Made by a program: the position numbers and the translations under genes | In this document: positions 27,601 to 41,323 of the stretch, piece after piece | Numbering within the stretch: the stretch's first letter is position 1 | Layout of the letters: each line of letters starts with the position of its first letter | From: Convolutriloba macropyga | Lineage: Eukaryota | Assembly: GCF_964194025.1 (NCBI RefSeq) | Contig: NC_134477.1 | Location: 7,564,001-7,628,000 of the forward strand | Direction: 5' to 3' | DNA length: 64,000 nt | The notes under the pieces: generated by a model | Seen by the model: only the letters and a program-made list of their open reading frames with translations | Told to the model about the DNA's origin: nothing | The model's database searches: none

Positions 27601-30600
27601 TTACTTTCTGATACTATTTTCGCTTAGGTTGAGGCTCGGGCGCTAAATTTTATGAATATATTCTGTCGGTCTTTGAAGTCACCTCGCTCAAACAAGTTGA
27701 GAAATATCTATGATTTTCTTCATTAAACAGTTCTAATCAATAGTTCAATTCTGAATTTGAATACAAAATGCCAATATTTGTTCAGGGGACAAAAATGTTT
27801 GGTAAAATTTTAAGCTCTCTACGTCTAAAAATCAAATCTACAAAAAAATTCAGATTTTCAAATGGTTTTTGAGACCATTTTTCCGTTACCCGGGAAAACT
27901 ACAGGCGTTCTACCTGTCAGCGGATTGCATTTCAGATTCTATTTCAGAAATTTAGCTTCAGAAATTTATGATGCGATCATCTAGTTTACACAATAAAAAT
28001 GCAAAAATAATTGAACATACCTAAGCAGACAAGGTAACTTGTCATTATCTGCTTGTCAGTCAGCGCAATCTCACACTCGCTCAGCGTAGTGTCACTATCT
28101 TGGCACGTGATCTCCATGCAAAATGCGACTCCTTGGATATCTCTGGCACTGATGGTGGAGCCAGCGACAAAGAAGTCGTAGGTAGCCGGAAGCAGCATAT
28201 CACACGCCTTCTCTGCAACCTTAATAAATGGTTAGACTCACTTTTTCATCATTCGAACCCATCAGACGCTACCAACAGAAATAATAATGATTTCTTGAAC
28301 CCTTTTTCAAGACTGTAAAGATGCTTCGACAGGTCTGGCGAGAGGCTAACACGCGACAAATTCCACGAAATTTGTAATGGGTGGGGGCTTTCAAGATACA
28401 TGACCTTTAGAATAAAAACACTATTGTGAATAAAAACACTATTAGCGAAACACATTGCAAAACATTATAGCAGCATATGATTTCTGTTCAGTTGAGGCGA
28501 GAGTTTCACAGTACAATTAAATCGTAATCATACCGTAAATTTCAAAAAATTTAGCCGGCAGATAGCAGGAAAAATAGCCGCGAAAGACGCTTGTAGCCTT
28601 CCATGAAATTGACACAACTAAAGAAATAAGATAGAGATTGACCACCGATCCTTTAATTGACCACTGGACTTTTTGGGTTAGATTCGGACTGTCATTTTTA
28701 TGAGAAACATACGCTCTATAAAAAAAACGCGCCAATAGAGCTTTTTCAAAATTAATATTAGAAATCAAAAACTCAAGAATCCAATACTCAAGAAGAAGGG
28801 CATATACGTTCGGCACTTAGATGCACAATATTGATCTTTAACTAGTAAATGTTCATAAAATTTAAAGTAGAAAAAGCAGAACAAATGTTGTCACGTACAC
28901 AAATTTTAATTGCAAAGCAGTAGAAGTCGCTGAAATTGAAAAAAAAGTCAATGCTCGCGAGAATCATCGATGGAGACAACAAATTAAAAAAAACAGCACA
29001 AGTCCTGAAAAAAAATCCAAAAAATTGAATTCAATAATGAGAAAGTTAGAATTACTGCATCTGACAAGCGTATCAATTAACACTGGGAGCCAAAAAGGCA
29101 AACAGTCCCAAAATTGGAGAAACCAAGACAACCAAACTAAACAAAAATATGATCATTGATATAACTCTTGAAGCTTTTACCTTAAAAGTCAAAATTATCC
29201 ACTTATAAATACTCTTAAAAATATTGTTTTTAAAATTAATTCTTTTGCCTGGTTTTCGAATCTGTCCATTAATCCAACAGGAAGACTCATTCATTGTCTC
29301 GATAATTTATCCAGTAACCCAGGCTCAAGCCAGGAAAAAAAATTTACTGGCCCACAAATATCGATAAAGTCGGTAAATGATATTTTCAGGGCATTTGAAA
29401 AAAATTTCAAAATTTGTCACAAAAATGCACACTTATAAAATGTAGAACACCATTCCAATGACCCTACAAACATTGCAGTAACCTACTATCAAACCTTAGG
29501 ACGTTCCCTGGCCCCTGGGGACATGTTAAACACCAATCCGTGGCAAACAAAAATTTTTAGTAACCTTTTAAAAAACCACAGAGGAGGTTTCTTGGACCCT
29601 GCGGCTGGAAAAACTTAAATGATGACAATGTAAAAAAATTAAAACGCAAGTTTTATCAAAAAACAGCTAAAATTCGTGATGTTAAAATGTTTAAAACCAT
29701 TCCATTACCTCTGGAACCTAGAACTGAAAAAAATGACAAAAATTTTCAAAAACTTGAAAAAATGTAAAATTAGCGTGCTTTAGTTTGGAGTTCAAAATTG
29801 TAATGAAAAGTAATTACGTCTTGCGAAAGAACTTTGTCAACATTTACAAACCTACAAAATGCAACATTTTGGGCTCAAAAACTCCTAAAAAATGACTCGA
29901 AAAATAAGCAATAAATTATACTACATTAAATTTGAAAATTAAGCAGGATAAACTAGCTGACCGTCTGTTCTCATCCCTACAAAAATTCAAAATATTAAAC
30001 ATTTGTTATGGGTAATCGCTACGCATTAGATACCTAACAAACCAACAATTACTTTCAATTAACAGGATTCGTATAACTAATCAATTCTCAAGTATACTTG
30101 CAACCGTCTTGCACGCTCTATCGCCCGTCTCCGGTAGGAAAAACAACGTTTTCCATATTTAATTTTATACAAAAGCAAACGATAGAAACAGCCTGGAAAC
30201 CGATAAGACGGCTCAAGCGCTTATCACATAAAATTCCAAAATACATCTCTAGCTTTGCCCAAAACATTCTTGACCATCAGAGAATTGATTTCTTTGAAAT
30301 ATCGTAAATCAACTGGAACCATTTTCTTATGGAGTATTTTGGACTCATCAAAAGAAAACTAAGGACGAAAAAAATGCAGATCTTTTGAAGCAAAAGGGAC
30401 ATTTGTTTATTTTCTTACTCTCTTTTCTTGATATTGCCCTATACCACCAGTCATATTCCAATATTTCACCTCCTATTTCACTTAAACTAAGGAAATTACT
30501 CAAACTAACTCACGCTTTCAGAAAAACTTTATCAAATACTCTTATTTTCAATTTTCTGTAAAGCATTTAAAAACTTCAACAATTCGGTCTTAGTTAACAT

Positions 30601-32672
30601 CTGACGTTTAAGAGTAAAATTTCGCTTAGTGTGCTTTTGAAAAGAATTATTCAATTGAATTCTCAGAGATACAAAATGAAGATAGTTTCACAAATTTTTT
30701 TCGTTTTGGATTCAGACTAAATTCTCTTTTCGGGCCCAAAAACGCGCAGAATGAACAAAAGCGCAAATCATCAAAAAAGAACCCAGGCTGCAAGAATAAA
30801 AATGTTTACAAATTTTTCACTTTTACAAACACATGCACCTGTTTCTGATTTTGCAGACTCCTTTTTTATTATTTCACTCAAACGATGTTTTACGTATATC
30901 AAACCAATTTGGCAATCAAAAGTACGGAAAGCAAATTGTAGAAATAAATTACCATTATAATACGAAATTAGCATCAAATTTTGGACTGTACCTTGAGCAA
31001 AAATATGAACCTTTATTCATCCTTTCCCATCAAAGCAAGTGGTCAACTAAATTAGGAAATCAGAAAATATTAGAATATAAAAAAATTTTAGTTTTTGAAG
31101 CAACTTTAAACGATAAATTTTCCTTCTTTCTAGTTAATCTTCGGACCTTCCAAAATACTCAAAGGTAAGTATGGTTTAAAAAGGAGTTCTCTTATTGAAT
31201 TTAAGAACACCAAACAAGATTGGCTAAAATATTTCGATTCACTCCAATCGTTTTCTTAAACATCGGCCTGTCTTTCAATTTTCGGCCATTTCAATTTTCT
31301 AAATTCTGCAAAATATTTATGCAACGATTTTCATGAGAACCATCATCTCTTTTATTCTTCAATTAGTAAAACTTCAAGCATAATAGAACAGAACAGTTTG
31401 AAGGTTATTTTTGACAATGATGAAAGAAAGATGAAGTTAAGAAACACAGCATTGTTTTGTTTGATTCCAAAAAAAAACACTTTCACGAAATTCATAGTGG
31501 CGTTGTTTTAGGTAATTAAAATCAGATCATTTTTTTTTAATTTTAAACATTTCTGTTTGCAATTGTTGAAATTTCTAGTTGCATTGGAGTTAGGACTTAC
31601 TTACCCTTAATTTTTTTAAAATGAAGTATTTGCCCGTTCGCCGAATGTCTTTCATTCAACCGCATTAAATGGTGTGCGGTTCAAAATTTCCAACAAAAGA
31701 TTTTATCGTAAAAAATTTATACTGCAATTGAGACTGCATTGTTGAAAAATTCTAATTTTCGCAAAACTCATGAAATATTAAACCCCAGAGATCTATTTCC
31801 TAGCTACAGTCCAAAATATTGCAGCTTTCACAGTACTGAGATCAACGTGCTTATCCCAACTCAGTGGTCTACTAACAAAGACGTCCAGGTAGTAAAACGA
31901 ATCCATATATTTCAGACGTGATCAATTTAAAATGATTGTACTTATCTTGTACCTTGCAAAATGTTCGTTTAAAAATTAATGAAAATGGACTTTATGTTTA
32001 AAGTTCTGGTTACTATGAATTGCCTTGCTTATTGTTCACTTGTAAACTGCTGAAACTTAGGACAATAATAAATATGTGACACTTAAGAAATATGTAAAAC
32101 TATAATGATAGAACAATAAGCGCAGATAAATCAGTTTGCTGCTGACCAAAATTAAACATTCCGTTCTTCAATTTAGATTAAAAAACGAATAGCAAAAATT
32201 GCAGAGAAGCAAAGTCTTTTAATAATTTCCCTGTTACCTCAGTTCAAATTTGAGTAAATTGATAGCACAACAGAAAAATCTTTCTAATACACTGCCTATC
32301 TCTTAGCATTCATTTAGAATTGGATGCGATAAAACTGCGTCAACTATTGAGATATATATATCTCACAAAAACGGAGCTTGAAATTCAAAGTTTCAAAACG
32401 ATAGCAGGCAAAAATAACTATCCAGGAAAGATTAACTTAGGAGTACTAACGTCATATGATAATTCACAAATCGGCCACCAATTTGACAAATTCCCTCCAT
32501 CCATGAAAGTGGCCTGAACCAGGCCCATAGTAAAACCATCCGGATCTGCCGCCGGGGGGTCGTAAAACCTCAATGCATTGATTCTGGGCTGTGATTCTAC
32601 GACCGATGCGAGGCAAACAAGAACAGCAAGTAACAAGAAAGTGGTAACGCAATCATTACGATAATAAGTCAT
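24682..32672 (-). CDS. Small type I membrane protein (~226 aa): signal peptide, divergent SRCR-like domain, TM helix, short cytoplasmic tail
   Basis: Four exons join in phase with GT-AG ends: 32672-32451 (signal peptide FLLLAVLVCLASVVES; GLVQ...WWPICELSYD), 28219-28021 (VAEKACDMLL...ITCQDSDTTLSECEI...LVC), 25327-25209 (...IMTYLGFTLA), 24822-24682 (IGSIFLVMFGFLV...stop). Total 681 nt. Cys spacing resembles SRCR. Extra exons cannot be excluded. Confidence 0.75.
26663..27097 (-). mobile_element. HINE family A copy (cleanest termini; internal G-rich tract)
   Basis: Hairpin CCGAC-TAAC-GTCGG, perfect 15-bp subTIR pair AATTGCTCTCAAACG / CGTTTGAGAGCAATT, partial internal IR, A-rich flanks, no TSD seen. 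Confidence 0.85.
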
Positions 32673-33227
32673 ATTTAATACGTTTCGTCTATGCACGCAA
32701 ACACGAGCGCGTCTTTTGTATACTAGCTCAAAAAATGAATAAATTAACGAATAGTTATATTACCTGAGCTGAAAATTTAAATCAGAATAATAGATTATAT
32801 TGGCTTTACATTAGACAATTATGGCAATGATTTTTAGAGAACAGAATATTGTCAGAATTTGATCTGTCAGTTAAATCAACTTCTACTGCAAATAGACTAA
32901 ACAAAACATTTAAATAAGCTTTTCACCACGCTTTTCACATAAGCTTTTTGTTCAAAAAATAATGATCACTTGAAAGCAGGTCACGTTGTATGAGCAACAA
33001 CTCGTCCCAAAATGTCGGCTCGCAGCAACAAAAAAGTTTTCTATCCATTACACAAACACACGAGATGTTCGCACAGCTGGTAATAAAAAATAGTAAATTT
33101 TTCAAATTCTTCCATAAAACGGTAAATTGAAAGAATGGTAACACTTCCAGTAATTGCGACGACATCAACCAGTAACTTCAAACTAAAAGTAATTAATGTT
33201 AAGTATAGATAATATTAATATTTGTTG

Positions 33228-33983
33228 TTAAGTTGCAGGTACCGAATCCAAATCCGCAATAGCTTTCTTTGCTTTCTTCAACTCGTCATTTACAGTCAGT
33301 AACTCCTTCACTCTCGCAAACTTAGCTCTGTCTTTTCTCAACACAAATACAATATCCTCAATTGCAACTTTCCCACCCGGTCTCGAACTCACGTCCTGTG
33401 CTTTGTTGAGCAAATTTACAACAAATTTCATCACCAATTGTTCAACTAGTTCTACACTCTCAATGTACGGCGTCTTGCTGTCACCTAGGCCGTACATTAA
33501 ACATCGGATTTCTTTTCCAAACACCCCTTGGTAAACTTGCGAGCCACTTTGAGGTTTTACAGAACTAGAACCGGATTTAGAAATACCAGATGCAACATCT
33601 GAATTTGGCTCCGGAATAGAGGAACTGGTCGATGTAGGTACGCTGGAAGGTGTTCTAGGAATACTCGGAAATTTAATAGATACTGGACTTTTGTTTCGAT
33701 CGTTGGATTCTGTCTGCCCAGCAGAAGTATTGGATACTACGGATGGAATTCTGTTAGATGGTCGTATAACACCCGTCCCCGACGGTAAAACGCGAACTGG
33801 AGTAGATGTCGACGAGGCAACACGAGAAACAAGCGGCACCTGAGCAGCAACAGAACTGCTCATAGATACGGGATAGGTTCGAATAACGTGAACACTCGGT
33901 TGCTGACTGCTTATTACCGGGACTTTAGATGTAGCAACACTTTTAGTTGAAGAAACCTCAACTATGTCGTCATCGGATTCCAT
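33228..33983 (-). CDS. TAF13: TFIID subunit 13 (TAF13) with long S/T/P/V-rich N-terminal extension, 251 aa
   Basis: C-terminal FGKEIRCLMYGLGDSKTPYIESVELVEQLV...IEDIVFVLRKDRAKFARVKELLTVNDELKKAKKA is the TAF13 histone-fold region. First ATG at 33983 (MESDDD), just after a TTTCAG acceptor-like site. Confidence 0.93.
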   Translation of the reverse strand: MESDDDIVEVSSTKSVATSKVPVISSQQPSVHVIRTYPVSMSSSVAAQVPLVSRVASSTSTPVRVLPSGTGVIRPSNRIPSVVSNTSAGQTESNDRNKSPVSIKFPSIPRTPSSVPTSTSSSIPEPNSDVASGISKSGSSSVKPQSGSQVYQGVFGKEIRCLMYGLGDSKTPYIESVELVEQLVMKFVVNLLNKAQDVSSRPGGKVAIEDIVFVLRKDRAKFARVKELLTVNDELKKAKKAIADLDSVPAT

Positions 33984-34306
33984 GTTTTGTATCTGAAATA
34001 AGAGAAGCAAGCGCCTCAAACTATTTTTCCCACTTACAATTTTTCTTATAACTTGAATTATTAAATAGTTCCTTTTCGAAATTTGAATGAAATATTGGTC
34101 TTGTAGTGGAGACTTCTAGCATGAAGATCTTAGAAACAAGCCTTGTATGTTGTGCCGAGATACCATATATTCAAACCTGCAGATACATGTCATCTCATAG
34201 TAGTCAAATGCTCATTAACTGGAACGCGCCAATCTCGCTTTTCTCTCTTCCTTGTTAAAGTATAGTCTTAATGCTCTTTGACTCCGTGGTATCAATTGGT
34301 TATATA

Positions 34307-34770
34307 CAGGGATTTGGAAAAATTAATTGCAATTAAATGGCCAGACAAAAGGAGGAACAACGAATTAATTTATTTGGCAAAACAAAAAATCAATTATTTT
34401 ATTGATCAAATATTTTTGACCATCTATCAATAATTTTTCCGCAGTTTTTAACACCATTGCGCTTTGATTTACCCAGAAAGTAACGCAAATGATTACATTA
34501 TGAAGCATTCAATATTTTAATTGGAAACTTTATAAGAGGAACAGGGCTTTAACATTAGATGTCAACTTACACACAATTTGTGACAGAAAATCATAATCTG
34601 GGAGTTTCAGGTTTCCAGAGGGGGAGAATGTGGATTTTATTTTTTTTCCAATTATTGAGCAATTCATTGTGTCGTTCCAATCAATTATTGCAATTAAATT
34701 AGGGTCATCAATCAATTAGTGCAATTAATTAATTGGCAATAACTGCAATTCCATTTAATTTTTCCAAATC
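34307..34770. mobile_element. Possible MITE
   Basis: 16-bp inverted repeat GATTTGGAAAAATTAA / TTAATTTTTCCAAATC with many internal CAATT/AATTG motifs; TSD unclear. Confidence 0.4.
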
Positions 34771-36077
34771 TTTTATATCAATCGATGTTGTATATTCATT
34801 TTAACAGATCTAAAAAAACAGCTTACAGGAAAAATCACAATAGTTGACCAGTTCTCTGTAAGAAGCAGCGAGTTGAGTTCCCAATAAAATTGTTGATTTT
34901 TTTGCTTTGATTCAAAAGGCATGGCCAGGCTGAACAGATTTTACATGGAACTCAACTCACTGCTGTTTACAGAAAACTGACCACCTTCTGTCTGGATAAT
35001 TCCTGTAAAGAGGCCAATAAGTTTTTTGAGAGTTCAGATCTACTAAACTTCTTATGAATATCCGTCGATTGATATAAAAATCATAGAAGACCACCAATAA
35101 TATGTTCACTGAAATTGTCGTTAAAAACAGGCATTTTATCATGAAAAATTGATTTTTGTGCGTTTACTTTTGTCAACGAGTGTAGCCTACTGCTGTCGGG
35201 CGAGTTGCACTCAAACTCCTGGCTAGTGGTTGGCTTCGTCAGTAGCTAGCTTTGCGGCTCGGGGGGATTTAGCTTTAGCTTAGCCTTAAGGTCTAAGAAC
35301 CGACCCTTTCACCACAAAAATAGGTACATTATGTACACCATGCCTTTAGAGCATTTTCGATGAATCGCTCACTTAGAGACAAATAGGGCTCTAAGAGGAC
35401 TGCTCAGCGACATTTTGCCCGTCGGTCTTTACCTGTTGATCCTTTTTGACAACAAAATCTACAATTTTCAGGCGAAAAGTAGGTAGTGGCTCAACGAATA
35501 CAACAAGCGTGCGTTGTTGATTACACAAGTATTGGAATTCAACGAGATTTTGTTCATTCGATACATTGAAGCAAAAAACACCTAACAACCACCCTTTTGT
35601 GGGGAAAAAGTTACACAAATCCATGCCCTCCACTGTGAAAAGGGAGGCTGAACCCACATGCGGCAAAAACAAATTAGAGACACTTTGGCGCAAAAAGCAT
35701 GAGGTATGCGATGACGCCGAAGTTGAGCATCACTTCAGTTGATATGAGGCAAAAATTCTTACAAAAATCTACTAGCACTGATGACAACACTCGACGTGAC
35801 ATCAAAGCAAGCGGATTTTGCGGTTCCAGATTTAGCACAACATTTTTTGACGCAAACGTGTTTGATCTATTGTCCGAGTAGGGCTCAAACGAAGCCAAGT
35901 AATGAAACAAATATCACAAGGTCAGCTGAAAAACTAAAAAACCAGCAAAATTTTCAGGAATTGAAGATAAATAGTTTTGTATCGATCGCGTTCTATTACA
36001 TAGGAAATGCAGGGCCATCTCTAGCACGCACTAAAAAATAAAAAGCAACTAGCGGCAGAATGTCGGAAAGAAAAGAA

Positions 36078-36614
36078 ACATACCCGGCAGATTGCCGGAA
36101 AATAGCCGCCGTTGATTCCAATAAGCATGATTGGGATTGAGATAACAGAAGATATTGAAAAAAAAAGATTTTTGTACAAAAACATTTTTTAAGTCCGATT
36201 TATTTTGATGGTATTTCGTAGTTGAACTTACTTCTGTTTCTTAGAGAGAGGCAACAGGGGCTACTATCAATACCAATAAGCATTAGAGATGGTAACTAAG
36301 ACTTATAGGAACGACGTTCAAATAGCGGGCATCTAAAATTGGGCTTTATGGGTTTATCCCGTTTCTACTTCTGACTTCAATTTTTTATACTGACCGTGTT
36401 CATTTTGAATTGCTGTGCTGAGCAACTGATGTTCAAATTCACTTTTAGCAGAATGAGAGAAGAGAGAAACTAGCCTAGAGAAGTCAAAAAGATTTCACGC
36501 AAAATGTTGAAAAGGCGGCAAAATGAGGTAAAGCGAAACATTTTTTTATTCGACGAAGTAAAAAAAAAAATAGGAGCGCTATAATAGCCGGCTGAGAAGA
36601 TGAGGGCGGCTATT
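36078..36614 (-). mobile_element. HINE family B, uninterrupted copy
   Basis: CCGGCAGATTGCCGG-AA-AATAGCCGCC ... GGCGGCTATT; colinear with 10513-10992 joined to 16813-16864. Confidence 0.85.
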
Positions 36615-38250
36615 AAAAAGACGACAAAAATTTGGATGCATTAATGTACATTCGGAAGATGCATTAATGTAATTTTCGCACTCTTGCCAGTGCAATTATC
36701 TGTCTCAGAGGCTGTCGTGGTGCTAAACGTGCATCTGGAGTCGATAATGTTATAGTATTGATGTAGAGAATGAGAGGATTGAAACCTATATAGTACATTA
36801 AAAACTGAACGTTTATACGCGGCTCCTAGAGCCTAGCATATTTCTGTAAGCGAATAGAATAAGCGAATACAAGGTGCTGTGATTTTCAAAGGGGGCTCTC
36901 TTTTTCGTCCTTTTGGTGGATTACTCTCCCTTTTGTGTTCTCATAAACTCCCTTTTTGTGTTATTGTCAATCCTGTGGTCGGGTTTTTACAGCAACAATT
37001 ATTCCCTCATTTACCTGTTCCAAGTTACAAAAAGAAAAGATTCTTTTTTATCAAGACAACTTCCTGACTACTTAAAAAAAATGATCTCAAAGGCGTTATT
37101 TGGAGAAACATCACTTCAACAATTTTGAAATCTCACAAAAACTGCCCGCCAATAGAACACACAAAACAGAACAAAACCAACAGAACAATTGAGCATAAAA
37201 ACAGGTAGTGTAGTACAGTCTGCTGGAACAAGATCAAGAGAAAATTAAAAAAGCAATATATAGTTACCCGTACGTTTACAGACTTGACATAAGACGCTCA
37301 ACCGTCCCTCAAGAACAATGGCGGAGGATGGCTTTGCAGTTGGTTCGTTTTTTTGCGTCGACCTACATCCTTGCAGGCAGAGAAAATAGCTTCGAAAGAG
37401 AGCGAAGCTTAATTTGGCCCGATATAGGTATGTACTTCTATCCGTATTTTTTTTTATTGAGTCGTGATACTTTGATGCATCTGATCTGTTTTTCGGGTAG
37501 GGCTCTGCGAGTAGGTTTTGCCAAAAAAATCACGAACCTGTTATCATGCCTTTCACTCTGGCATCATCATCATTTGCAGTAGCATTACTTGGGAAGGTTT
37601 CATATTCGGGCACCTGTAAATGAGGCTCGATTTGAACAGCATGGCAAACTTCGTCCAGAGTTTTTGCCACACTTTCTCTATTATGGCTGAGTCGCATAGG
37701 AGTGTACCCACATTTTCACAGTGCAGAGCATGCGTTACTGAGAAAATTTTACCACAGGTGCAATTATTTGAGACTCTTGTTTGGAATGATCAAAATGATG
37801 TTTCGGCAGGGAAAGAGCATTCAGCGTGCTATATGGCCCCTTTTCAGAAGCCAGCATTAGACGTTATCTTATGCATTTTTGACAAAGTAGTGTTTCTCGG
37901 GGTTCCTTATTTGTGTCGAAAAACAATCTGTGACATTTGAGTGAGTTGGTTTCGAAAATATATTCCAATTAAATTCAGATAAACAAAAAACGGTGCGAGA
38001 TCCACCCTATGGAAAAAATAGTGAGAAACCAAACGCAAACAAAAATTGGAATGAGAACTATTAGAATCAAATTGGTCAAAATTCCAACAATTTAATGATA
38101 TCATACCTACTGTCCTCTATCAGATAGAGTAGATACTCATTTTTTTTTAAAAAAAAATAACGAATAATTGGACAGCGAAAAATAAAAACATTGCCTACAG
38201 TCGACTTAGCGTTCAACTTTATTAAAAAGTTCCAGGTGTAAAATTTTCGG

Positions 38251-38292
<42 letters not shown>

Positions 38293-40660
38293 TCTCTTTC
38301 GAGAACCATTATTATTTTAGCATATACTCTTGATAAGTTTGCATGAATTACAGACACAGCAAATAAAGAATGTACATGTAATTTCTGGATCGAATGTTTT
38401 TCGCATGAGGTAGCTCTTCAGAGCTTTCTTGTTGTAGCTGTCAAAGCCAGAAATGATTTTGTGTCTGAACAAATAGTTGGCAATTAAAACTGAACGACCG
38501 AAGAATGAGATGCTAGCGTGCTTATGGTGGTTCTTTAATTGCAGGACATTTGTGGATGATCCGCGCAAACACCGGGAAGGCTCCTGAAATTCTACATGCT
38601 GTGAGTGAGCATAGTTGTACTTATCTAACATCAGTTGCGATAGAAAAGAGAAAGTAATATATTCGAGTTGATAGCAGAGTGGCAGAAAATTGTTGTCTTT
38701 AAGTTGCTTCAGGTAAGATTATTTTCGTCCAAATATCCATAAGAAGCAGGAACGCTGGAAATTCTCTAATTTTCTAAGCATGGATACATCAGGATACCAC
38801 GCAGGAAACCCATATAAAAGTACGGAGAGGACAAGGCTCCGGTAAAGGTGAAGCTTGACATGAGACGGAGTATTGAAAGGTACTTTCGCTTTCAGACTGA
38901 AGAAACATTGTCGAGCTTTACAGAGTTTAGAAGTAACGTGGAAATCCCATTTCAGATCATTACTGATGTATACAACCAGATCCTTGTGTGAAGAGACGTT
39001 TGCCAGTACTTCATGTTGTGTCGTAGAAATCTTAGCTGAGCCATTAAAGTGCAAACATTTAGTCTTACATGCATTTGCGATCATTCCATTGCAGATATTC
39101 CAAGAATAAAGGCGCCAAAGATCGTCATGGAAATTCAGGTTGGTGAAAAGCATTTTAAGGTCATCTGCGAACAATCAAACCATGGAATCAAGGAAAATAC
39201 TTGGTACCAAAAGTGTGCAAAAATTTCCATCAAGCTTAAAACGGCGAAGTTTTTCAACCAAGATAGTGTGTGGGACCTTATCAAAGGCCTTCTCATAGTC
39301 AAAATAAATGGCAAACTTGTGTTGAGATTTACAGCTAAAAACTTTTTCGAGGTAATCCAAAAGTTGCAGGACTGCTCCTTTGTGCGACTGGAAGCCAAAT
39401 TGCCGTGGGTGAAGCTCCTTACTCAAGCATGAATAAAGATAATTGAATATAATTCTTTCAAATAGCAGGAATACTTTTGGAAGTAGGCTGATTGGCCGAT
39501 AAAATTTGATATTGCTGCGAGAACCACCTTTGAAGAGCGGAGTGATACGAGCAACCTTCCATATTGCCGGAAACGTACGGCATAAAATAACTGAACAGAA
39601 CAAAGGATACAACAGTGAACCAAATAGATAAGGTGAACTCTTCAGAAGTTTTGTTGGGAAACCGTCGTGAGTTTTGAGAAACCGACCGAAGTTCTGCTGG
39701 CAAACCGGTAGCAAAAATAGTAATCGAATAGTGGAGATAACAATATTACAGTAATAAGTGCAATATCAATTTGATAGAAATCCAACAAGTAGACTAAATC
39801 TACAAGTTTGTCTTGAGTATTCATTCCGCGAATATTAAACAGGAGCATGTAGTTAGTTAGTCAATCAGCCTTGAAAGATATATGGCTAGCGAGAGAACTA
39901 AGTAATTCATCGGCAGAAAGTTGGTCCTTAGGTAATTTCCCATCATAGAAGAGTTGCAAGTTACGGATACGCATGAGGTTTCGTTCCAAGCCTTTGTTGA
40001 TTAGGTTATATCTAAGTCCAAGGAGTGCTTTCTCTTTTTGTCGGTCACGCCAAATCAACTTTGGTTTCACGAACACGCCAGTGCCTTTCAACATATAGGC
40101 GTTTGCCATCAAGAGTCGTTTGTCGTAAACAGAGTTCAATTTAATTTCAATCGGCCGCGGTTTAGCTCCGGGATCGGGTCTCTTTTTACCAAGTCTGGAA
40201 GAGTTGACCACAATATTAGGGGAAATTTGTATGGAGTTCAAAATTTCAGATGTCTCATGTTCTGTTGCATTGTCAAGATTTCCTTCTTTCACGTTGTAAA
40301 GCACGACAGTTTGCGATGCAGCAACATCGTAGTCGTGTTCATCCAGTGACTTTTTAACAACATCACTCCAGCTGGAGGACGAAGTGTATTTGTTTTGTCG
40401 AAGTGTATTTGTTTTGATTGGGCGAAGAAGATCTCAAACAGGCCTTGACCTCATCCAGTTTAAAATCGATGGAAGAAAAAAGAGAATTCGATGACAGCTT
40501 GTTTCAAGTGTTCCACTGTATCCTTGAGAAGAAACAAGCCACTCCTTGGTCAACTTCCCCTGCAAGCCTCGAAAGTGCTCAGGATCCGCCGACAGCAGCT
40601 CGTTCATACTGGGGTAGTAATCCTTACCACCTATTTTATTAGAAGTTGATTTTCAGCTGT
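38251..40660 (-). mobile_element. Decayed non-LTR retrotransposon (CR1/L2-like LINE) with ORF1 remnant, internally deleted ORF2 and (TC)n 3' tail
   Basis: ORF1-like RLGKK...RPIEIKL (40304-39861); APE start LFNIRG...IDIALIT (39848); RT motifs WKVARITPLFK, YRPISLLP, QFGF, YFDYEKAFDKVPH, FADDLK (39714-38719), with stops and deletions; (GA)n at 38251-38288. The 5' boundary is approximate. Confidence 0.88.
38719..39714 (-). pseudogene. LINE reverse transcriptase remnant
   Basis: RT motifs as above; stop immediately before LFADDLK; the GVPQGS block and most of the endonuclease are missing. Confidence 0.88.
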
Positions 40661-40729
40661 AACTATATAAAGTAGAGCTCATTATAATGTAGAGATCATC
40701 CAGCTCCTTCTACCTCCACCAACCTACAC

Positions 40730-41260
40730 GCAATTTCCTGCTGTGCTGGAACTGCGCTTTTCTTAGAAAGAGAGAAAGTCATGTAACTAAGTCGCTCAAT
40801 TAGTCAGTCATCTTTTATTGGGAAATTACGCTCAAGCAGTGAGGTAATTTTTGCGGTGCTCAAGCTCAAAAAGGGAGGCAGTCATTTATTTACTACGCTC
40901 TATTAGACAGGTATCTTTTCCTAGAACATTACGCTCAAACAGTGAGGTAATTTTTGCTGTGCTCAAAAAGAGAGGCAGTCATTTATCCAATGCGCTCAGT
41001 TTGTGAGGCATATATAATTAGGAAATTACGCTCAAGCAGTGAAGTAATTTCTGCTGTGCCCGAAAAGGGAGACAGTCATTTATTTACTGCTCTGTTAGTG
41101 AGACATCTTAGCTTAAGAATTTACGATCAAACGGTGAGGTCACTTATGCTGTGCTCAAAAAGGGAGACAAGTCATTTAATTACTGCGCTCAATTAGTAAA
41201 GCGACTGACCTTAAGATATTACGCTCCAACATTTAGGTGGTTTGAGATGTGTTCAAGGGA
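40730..41260. repeat. Degenerate tandem repeat, ~100-bp unit, about 5 copies
   Basis: Recurrent TTACGCTCAAGCAGTGAGGTAATTT...GCTGTGCTCAAAAAGGGAG.CAGTCATTTA at ~40826, 40928, 41025, 41120 and 41218. Confidence 0.85.
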
Positions 41261-41323
41261 AGAATCTTTATTTTTGGTGCATTATTTTAGTATTCAATTA
41301 ATTGAATAAGCAACAGAAGTCAT

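Noticed and set aside
34900-38200. 60-106 aa ORFs as host genes
   Set aside because: No recognisable domains or consistent exon chain; the region contains repeat fragments.
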